Source: Candidatus Firestoneibacteriota bacterium | Lineage (GTDB): Bacteria; Oederibacteriota; D2-FULL-39-29; JBDRBU01 | Direction of reading: 5' to 3' | Assembly (NCBI GenBank): GCA_043822305.1 | Contig: JBDRBU010000118.1 | Span: 1-53,728, forward strand | DNA: 53,728 nt | Shown here: positions 47,662 through 53,728 of the stretch, piece by piece | Numbering within the stretch: the stretch's first letter is position 1 | How the letters are laid out: each line of letters opens with the position of its first letter | Notes under the pieces: model-generated | Told to the model about the DNA's origin: nothing | Databases searched by the model: none | The model's input: the letters and a program-made list of their open reading frames with translations, nothing else | Made by a program: the position numbers and the translations under genes

Positions 47662-48552
47662 ATGCCAGTAATATCTATGAAGCAGTTGCTTGAGGCCGGG
47701 GTTCATTTTGGACATCAAACTAAAAGATGGAATCCAAAAATGGAAAAATATATATACGGGAAAAGAAATGGTATATATATAATTGATTTGCAAAAAACTG
47801 TAAAGAAATTAAAGGAGGCATGTGATTTTGTAAGAGATTTGGCCAGTAAAGGAAATTATGTTTTATTTGTTGGAACAAAGAAACAAGCACAAGAAATTGT
47901 TATGGAGGAAGCAAAGAGATGTAATATGTTTTATGTTGTCTGTAGATGGTTGGGTGGTATGCTTACTAATTTTAAAACAATTAGAAAATCTTTGAAAAGA
48001 TTGGAAGAATTGGAAAAGATGAAAGAAGAGTCTTTTGATAAATTGTCTAAAAAAGAAGTTGCTGGGTTAGAAAAAGAGATGGATAAACTACAAAGAGTGC
48101 TTGGTGGGGTAAGAGGAATGGATCAACTCCCGTCTTGTATTTTTATAGTTGATACTAAAAAGGAAAGAACGGCAATACTTGAAGCAAAAAAATTGGAAAT
48201 TCCTATAATAGGAATTGCTGATACTAATTCTGACCCTGATGAGGTTGATTATGTGATTCCCGGGAATGATGATGCCATAAGATCTATAAAACTTGTTTCA
48301 TCATTAATTGCTGAATCAGTCTTAGAAGGAGTTAAAGGAAAAACAGAAGTAACGATGATAGAAGAAAAGAAAGAAGATGAGATTGAAATGCCGGTAGAAG
48401 AAAAGAAAGAAGATGAGATTGAAATACCGGTAAGTACTAATGAGGAAATGGAAAAAATAATAAGTAAGTTTGAAGAAGAAGAAGAAGAGGTAGAAGGAAA
48501 AAGAAAACCAGTGGCGAAAAGAAAAACGTATAAACAGGGAGGTGGGGAATGA
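47662..48552 (+). CDS. rpsB: 30S ribosomal protein S2
   Basis: [38 protein letters not shown]; acidic C-terminal tail. Confidence 0.99.
   Translation: MPVISMKQLLEAGVHFGHQTKRWNPKMEKYIYGKRNGIYIIDLQKTVKKLKEACDFVRDLASKGNYVLFVGTKKQAQEIVMEEAKRCNMFYVVCRWLGGMLTNFKTIRKSLKRLEELEKMKEESFDKLSKKEVAGLEKEMDKLQRVLGGVRGMDQLPSCIFIVDTKKERTAILEAKKLEIPIIGIADTNSDPDEVDYVIPGNDDAIRSIKLVSSLIAESVLEGVKGKTEVTMIEEKKEDEIEMPVEEKKEDEIEIPVSTNEEMEKIISKFEEEEEEVEGKRKPVAKRKTYKQGGGE
48361..48432 (+). repeat. 36-bp tandem duplication in the S2 acidic tail
   Basis: [12 protein letters not shown] / [12 protein letters not shown], one nucleotide difference. Confidence 0.9.
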
Positions 48553-49142
48553 TTTCTACAAAAGTTATTTCTGAAATTAGAGAAAAGACTGGTGCTGGAA
48601 TAATGAATTGTAAAGAAGCATTGGAGTATTCTAAGGGTGATCTGGAAAAGGCTATTGAATATTTAAAAAGAAAGGGTATCTCTCTTGCAGAGAAGAAGGC
48701 AGGTAGGGTAGCGGGTGCAGGCACTGTCTTTTCATATATTCATATGGAAGGTAAAGTAGGTTGTCTGGTTGAGGTTAATTGTGAAACTGATTTTGTTGCC
48801 AGAACAGATGATTTCAAAGAATTAGTAAAAGATATTGCCATGCAAATCACTGCTATGAATCCATTATATGTAAAAAGAGACGATATACCAGATGATGTTA
48901 TTAAGAGAGAAATGGAAATTTACAGGAATGAAGCATTAAAGTCAGGGAAACCACAGAATGTTATAGATAAAATTGTGCAAGGTAAATTAGAAAAGTTTTA
49001 CAAAGATATATGTTTACTTGAACAACAGTTTATAAAAGATGATAAAATTTTAGTTAAAGACCTGGTGTTACAAAAGATAGCAAAAATCGGTGAAAATATA
49101 ATAATTAAAAGATTTGCTAGGTACAAATTAGGAGAGAAATAA
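48549..49142 (+). CDS. tsf: Elongation factor Ts (short form)
   Basis: [38 protein letters not shown]. Confidence 0.98.
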   Translation: MISTKVISEIREKTGAGIMNCKEALEYSKGDLEKAIEYLKRKGISLAEKKAGRVAGAGTVFSYIHMEGKVGCLVEVNCETDFVARTDDFKELVKDIAMQITAMNPLYVKRDDIPDDVIKREMEIYRNEALKSGKPQNVIDKIVQGKLEKFYKDICLLEQQFIKDDKILVKDLVLQKIAKIGENIIIKRFARYKLGEK

Positions 49143-49143
49143 A

Positions 49144-49854
49144 ATGTATAAACCTAAATATAAAAAAGTTCTGTTAAAATTAGGTGGTGAAGCACTTTCG
49201 GGTGAAGATGAATTTGGTATAAATCCAGAAGTGTTAGAAAGATTAGCCACAGAGATAAAAGAAGCAAAAGAATCTTTGAAAATTCAAATAGCAATTGTCT
49301 TGGGTGGTGGAAATATTTTTAGAGGTAGTTTTGCTAAGGGTATGGATAGGGTTTCCGCAGATTACATTGGGATGTTAGCCACGGTAATAAATGCTTTGGC
49401 TTTACAGGATGCCTTAGAAAAGCAAGGTGTGTGGACAAGGGTTCAGACAGCCATAGAGATGCAGAAATTAGCAGAGCCATATATAAGAAGACGGGCCATA
49501 AGACATTTAGAAAAAGGAAGACTTGTAATATTTGCCGGTGGTACTGGTAATCCATATTTTACTACAGATACTGCTGCTTCTTTAAGGGCTATTGAAATTG
49601 GTTCAGAAGTTATTTTAAAAGGCACTAAGGTTGATGGTATTTTTAATGCTGACCCAAAAAAGAATAAGAAAGCTGTTAAATATAAACACATTAGTCATAT
49701 GAATTTTATAAAAAAGCGTTTGAAAATAATGGATACCACTGCGGTTTCTCTTTGTATGGAAAACAATATTCCCATTATTGTTTTTAATTTAAATAAAAGA
49801 GGAAATATTATAAAAGCAATTTGTGGTGAACAGATAGGGACGATAGTGAAATAG
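49144..49854 (+). CDS. pyrH: UMP kinase
   Basis: [32 protein letters not shown]. Confidence 0.98.
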   Translation: MYKPKYKKVLLKLGGEALSGEDEFGINPEVLERLATEIKEAKESLKIQIAIVLGGGNIFRGSFAKGMDRVSADYIGMLATVINALALQDALEKQGVWTRVQTAIEMQKLAEPYIRRRAIRHLEKGRLVIFAGGTGNPYFTTDTAASLRAIEIGSEVILKGTKVDGIFNADPKKNKKAVKYKHISHMNFIKKRLKIMDTTAVSLCMENNIPIIVFNLNKRGNIIKAICGEQIGTIVK

Positions 49855-49930
49855 GGACACCCATTTTCGAAAAAGGGGACAGCGACCTTTATTGATTTTT
49901 TGTCATTGCGAGTGATCGCGAAGCAATCTC
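49851..49930 (+). repeat. Cluster of REP-like repeats after pyrH
   Basis: atagggacacccattt, aaaaggggacagcgacc, gtcattgcgagtgatcgcgaagcaatct; each has a relative elsewhere in the window. Confidence 0.6.
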
Positions 49931-50053
49931 ATAAATTTTAAAAATGTATAGTTTTTTACAATGATGTAAAAATGTATTGCAATTTTACATTATGATTAAA
50001 CACAAATCAAACTACCTAAAAATCATTCGTTTTTTCTGTTAAAAAGGAATTAT

Positions 50054-52081
50054 ATGCCAACAATCTATGACAATATTGAAAATAATCTAGTACAAGGGTT
50101 AATAGATACTCTTAATCTCTCTAAAAGGGCTGACTTTTGTGTTGGTTATTTTAATTTGAGAGGTTGGAAAGAGGTCTCGGATTTAATTGATAAACTCCCA
50201 GGTGGTATAATTATAGAAGGACAAGAGAAAAAACAACGTTATTGCAGGCTTCTCGTCGGGATGCAAAAACTACCATTAGATATTTTAAGAGAAAGTTTTG
50301 TTTCAGATGAAGGAAAAATAATAGATCATGCAAAAGTTAATAAGATTAAGAAAAAATTAGCACAAGAATTTAAAGAGCAACTTATTATTGGGAGTCCATC
50401 TGAAATTGATGAACAAGCACTAAGAAAATTATCACGACAAATGAAAGAAAATAAAGTTGTTGTGAAACTTTATCTACGATATCAACTTCATGCAAAACTT
50501 TATCTTGCTTATAGCGATGATGTGCGGGTTCCAGTTATAGGTTTTCTTGGCAGTAGCAATCTTACTTTAGCCGGGCTTTCAAAACAAGGTGAGCTAAATA
50601 TTGATGTTTTAGATTCTGATGCTGCAAATAAATTATCCAACTGGTTTAAAGAACGTTGGGAAGACCGTTGGTGTATAGATATTACAAAAGAATTAATTGA
50701 AGTCATTGATAACAGTTGGGCAGCAGATAGATTAAGACCACCATACCATATTTATTTAAAGATGGCCTATCACCTTTCACAAGAAGCAAGAGCAGGGTTA
50801 AGTGAATTTAAACTACCAAAAGTGTTTGAAAAGGAACTACTTGAGTTTCAGAAAAAAGCAGTCTTAATTGCGGCGCATCATATAGGTAAACGAAATGGTG
50901 TGGTAATTGGTGATGTTGTTGGATTAGGAAAAACAATTACTGCAACTGCGATTGCAAAAATATTTGAGGATGACTTATTCTATGAAACCCTTATAATTTG
51001 CCCACCCAATTTATGCTCTATGTGGGAAGGATATAGACTAAAATATGGACTAAGAGCATATGTAATCTCTTTAGGTGAAGTACAAAGAAAATTACCAGGA
51101 TTGAGACGTTTTCGTTTAGTGATAATTGATGAAAGTCAAAATCTAAGGAATAGTGAAGGTAAACGTTATAGAGCCATAAAAGAATATCTTGAAGAGAATG
51201 AAAGTAAAGTAATTTTATTATCAGCAACCCCTTATAATAAGTCGTATCTTGATATTTCTAATCAATTAAGATTATTCATACCTGATGATAAAGACCTTGG
51301 TCTAAGTCCCGAACAATATATTAAAAGTATTGGTGGGCAAATTCAATTTATGGCTAAATATCCAGAAACATTTATTAGAAGTATAAAAGCTTTTGAAAAA
51401 AGTGATTTTGCTGATGATTGGCGAGAATTAATGAGACTTTATATGGTTCGTAGAACAAGAAGTTTTATTAAAAAAAATTATGCTGAAAAAGACCCAATAA
51501 ATAATCGTGAATATTTAACATTTTCAGATGGAACAAAATTTTACTTTCCACAGAGAATCCCTAAAAAGGTTGAATATGATTTTGCCCCGAATGATGAAAA
51601 CGACCAATATGCAAAATTATATTCAGAAAAAGTGGTTGACACAATAAATGGCCTAAATCTTTCACGTTATGGATTAGCCAATTACCTTGAACAAAAACCC
51701 AAGATTCAATCTAATAAAGAAGAGGAAATAATAATTGCAAATTTATCAAGAGCAGGAAAACGTTTGATGGGTTTTTGTCGTACTAATCTTTTCAAAAGAT
51801 TAGAAAGCAGTGGTTATTCATTCTTGCTTTCACTTATTGCCCTTGCCAGAGGATTAAAAAAAGAACTTGAGCCAGAATTAAGAAAACCATTAAAAGATGG
51901 ACGACTTCTTGTCCTGACACCCTTTGATAATAGTGTTACCCGTGTTACAAAAGAAACAGCAGAAATCCGTAACCGTTTGATTCTTCAACTCGCAGATGAA
52001 ATGTATATCCCTTATATTCAAAAAGATGGTATGTTAGATAAAATATTACCGAAAATTATAGAAGGTAAAAATGATTACTAA
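50054..52081 (+). CDS. PLD-like nuclease plus N-terminal half of a SNF2-type helicase, truncated and fused in frame to a DprA/SLOG-like C-terminal fragment
   Basis: DFCVGYF, LHAKLY...GSSNLT (PLD HxK); GDVVGLGKT, IDESQN, LSATP; no helicase motifs IV-VI; tail IALARGL...GRLLVLTPF...RNRLILQLAD. Confidence 0.75.
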   Translation: MPTIYDNIENNLVQGLIDTLNLSKRADFCVGYFNLRGWKEVSDLIDKLPGGIIIEGQEKKQRYCRLLVGMQKLPLDILRESFVSDEGKIIDHAKVNKIKKKLAQEFKEQLIIGSPSEIDEQALRKLSRQMKENKVVVKLYLRYQLHAKLYLAYSDDVRVPVIGFLGSSNLTLAGLSKQGELNIDVLDSDAANKLSNWFKERWEDRWCIDITKELIEVIDNSWAADRLRPPYHIYLKMAYHLSQEARAGLSEFKLPKVFEKELLEFQKKAVLIAAHHIGKRNGVVIGDVVGLGKTITATAIAKIFEDDLFYETLIICPPNLCSMWEGYRLKYGLRAYVISLGEVQRKLPGLRRFRLVIIDESQNLRNSEGKRYRAIKEYLEENESKVILLSATPYNKSYLDISNQLRLFIPDDKDLGLSPEQYIKSIGGQIQFMAKYPETFIRSIKAFEKSDFADDWRELMRLYMVRRTRSFIKKNYAEKDPINNREYLTFSDGTKFYFPQRIPKKVEYDFAPNDENDQYAKLYSEKVVDTINGLNLSRYGLANYLEQKPKIQSNKEEEIIIANLSRAGKRLMGFCRTNLFKRLESSGYSFLLSLIALARGLKKELEPELRKPLKDGRLLVLTPFDNSVTRVTKETAEIRNRLILQLADEMYIPYIQKDGMLDKILPKIIEGKNDY

Positions 52082-52916
52082 TAAACAAAAAATTGTTTTA
52101 AATCTAATAAATAAATTTGGGAATAGTCCTATTGAACGAATTAAACTTTTTAAGCTATCTTTTCTGTTAAGTTGCAAAATAAAAGGTTTTTATTCATTTA
52201 TACCATATAAATACGGACCATATTCTTTTGAATTAGAAAAAGACATTAACTTTTGGCAAAAAAATGGTATTTTACAGCAGGAGAAAAATAATAAACTAAA
52301 GTCATTAAAAGAAATAAATTTAAAATCTACCGATAACACAATAGAAAATGAAATAAATGTTATTTATAGTCAATACCAGAATAAATCTACAAAATACTTA
52401 ATTGATTTAGTTTATTCCCTATATCCTTACTATACATTAAATAGCAAGATATATAAAAATATAAAAAAATATAAATCTTCCGTATCCGATATTGCAATTT
52501 ACACCATTGGGTATGAGGGTTTTTCCATTGATGAGTTTATAAATCTTCTAATTAAAAAAGGAATAAAAACAGTTATTGATGTAAGAAATAAACCTTACTC
52601 ATATAAATATGGATTTTCTTATTACTGGTTAAAGAAATATTTGTCTGAAGTAGATTTGGAGTATATAAGTATCCCGGAACTTGGTATCCAAAAAGAATTA
52701 AGAATACAATTTTCCGGAGAAGTACTATGGGAAAAATATAAAAAAATCTTAAACCAGAATGAATCATCATTAACAGAAGCAATTAACTTAATTACTAAAA
52801 TACCATCAGTACTTATGTGTTTTGAAAAAGATTATTTTAATTGTCATCGTCATGTGCTTTCAGAAAAGATAGAAAAGATAACCGGTACTGCAGTACATCA
52901 TTACACGAGAGAATGA
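52071..52916 (+). CDS. DUF488-family protein with N-terminal Panacea/SocA-like winged-helix region
   Basis: KLFKLSFL...FIPYKYGPYS; IYTIGYEG, IDVRNKPYS..GFS, PELG, LMCFEKDYFNCHR. Confidence 0.8.
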   Translation: MITNKQKIVLNLINKFGNSPIERIKLFKLSFLLSCKIKGFYSFIPYKYGPYSFELEKDINFWQKNGILQQEKNNKLKSLKEINLKSTDNTIENEINVIYSQYQNKSTKYLIDLVYSLYPYYTLNSKIYKNIKKYKSSVSDIAIYTIGYEGFSIDEFINLLIKKGIKTVIDVRNKPYSYKYGFSYYWLKKYLSEVDLEYISIPELGIQKELRIQFSGEVLWEKYKKILNQNESSLTEAINLITKIPSVLMCFEKDYFNCHRHVLSEKIEKITGTAVHHYTRE

Positions 52917-52917
52917 T

Positions 52918-53454
52918 ATGGAAAAAGGATTAAAATTATTAATTACTGTAAAAACATATCCGACACCATCTACAAGGTATCGTGAGATTGTTTGTACAGC
53001 AGGGGTAGATGAAGATGGCAAATGGTTTCGTCTTTATCCAATAAACTATAGAGATAGAGAGTTTTCACAATGGTATAAAAAATATCAGTGGATAGAAGTT
53101 AAAACAAAAAAGCATGAAAAAGATGGCAGACCAGAAAGTTATAAACCAATTGGCGATATTAAATTAGGTTCTATTGTTGACACCCAAAATAAGTGGTATG
53201 AAAGAAAAAGAATCGTTCTAAAAAAGGGTTATAGAACAATGTGTTTTCTTAGTTTACAAAAACAAACTGATATTTCTATAAGTATAGTAAGACCTAAAAA
53301 GGTTGTTGATTTTTATTGGATAAAAACTAATAACAAATGGTCTGCAAAACAATTAGGAGTTTTAAATCAGTTACATCTTTTTGATAAAAATAAACCACTG
53401 GAAAAAATTCCATACCAATTTAAATATAAGTTTTACTGTGACATCATACTGTGA
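52918..53454 (+). CDS. Conserved hypothetical DUF488-partner protein (possibly OB-fold), probably 3'-truncated
   Basis: ITVKTYPTPS...VCTAG...WFRLYPI...YQWIEV...DGRPESY...LEKIPYQFKYKFYC, then an early stop at a 10-bp direct repeat. Confidence 0.6.
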   Translation: MEKGLKLLITVKTYPTPSTRYREIVCTAGVDEDGKWFRLYPINYRDREFSQWYKKYQWIEVKTKKHEKDGRPESYKPIGDIKLGSIVDTQNKWYERKRIVLKKGYRTMCFLSLQKQTDISISIVRPKKVVDFYWIKTNNKWSAKQLGVLNQLHLFDKNKPLEKIPYQFKYKFYCDIIL

Positions 53455-53707
53455 CAATTTATCCTTATCATTATTAAAATTAAAATTCCGATTTAATGAT
53501 TTGAATAAAGATAGTAAATTAGGTATAATAATACTACCAATATTGTTACAGATTATCTTGATTTGAGGGAAGGTGTCTGATGGACACAGGGTTCTTCAGG
53601 TTCTATTGTAGAGATGTAATAGGATAGGATGGATCTTTGAAATAGAAAGTATCTGTTAAATCCTGTATAATATAAATAAAAACATATTATACGGAGGAAA
53701 ATGACAG

Positions 53708-53728
53708 ATGCTTAACAAGGATTATGTA
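53708..53728 (+). CDS. 5' start of an unidentified gene running off the window
   Basis: TATAAT 53666, RBS ggagg 53693-53697, ATG 53708 (MLNKDYV...). Confidence 0.4.

Noticed and set aside
484..53566. Numerous short ORFs from the six-frame track lying antisense to or within real genes (e.g. 6186-6743, 26758-27138, 33791-34198, 36666-37067, 53381-53566)
   Set aside because: They are shadow ORFs of well-supported genes, with no RBS or recognisable motifs.
53457..53660. Minus-strand gene remnant downstream of the island
   Set aside because: Only short interrupted frames are present, with no motif I can identify confidently.

Overview
This is a low-GC, gene-dense bacterial chromosome segment. 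Nearly every gene is on the + strand, with strong GGAGG ribosome-binding sites; speE is the only clear minus-strand gene. lnt, SurA/PrsA-type chaperones and a beta-barrel with a terminal Phe suggest a diderm envelope, but I cannot assign the lineage. The housekeeping backbone includes a LysM lipoprotein, a transglutaminase-like lipoprotein, an AddB-like nuclease, glnA, speE, moaA, secA, lnt, glgA, a sugar ABC transporter, aroC/aroK, a YfhO/GT2 glycosylation cluster, two PPIases, argC/argJ, and rpsB-tsf-pyrH with the S2 leader RNA. Four accessory features stand out. (1) A RuBisCO-like protein (form IV, lacking the Lys characteristic of MtnW enolases) is co-oriented with a LeuA/homocitrate-synthase-family enzyme lacking the regulatory domain and two sugar-phosphate isomerase/epimerase TIM barrels. 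The last three genes are bracketed by near-identical 36-bp direct repeats. This is the best candidate for an uncharacterised pathway. (2) A complete Type I restriction-modification locus carries a DinD fragment, DUF1016 and an M48/YgjP-type gene. (3) A defence-like island sits where frr usually follows pyrH: a PLD-helicase truncated and fused in frame to a DprA/SLOG-like tail, a Panacea/wHTH-DUF488 gene, and a truncated partner gene. (4) Several families of REP-like palindromic repeats sit at gene boundaries, and two are inserted in frame inside coding sequences. All family assignments come from motif recognition by eye, without database searches.
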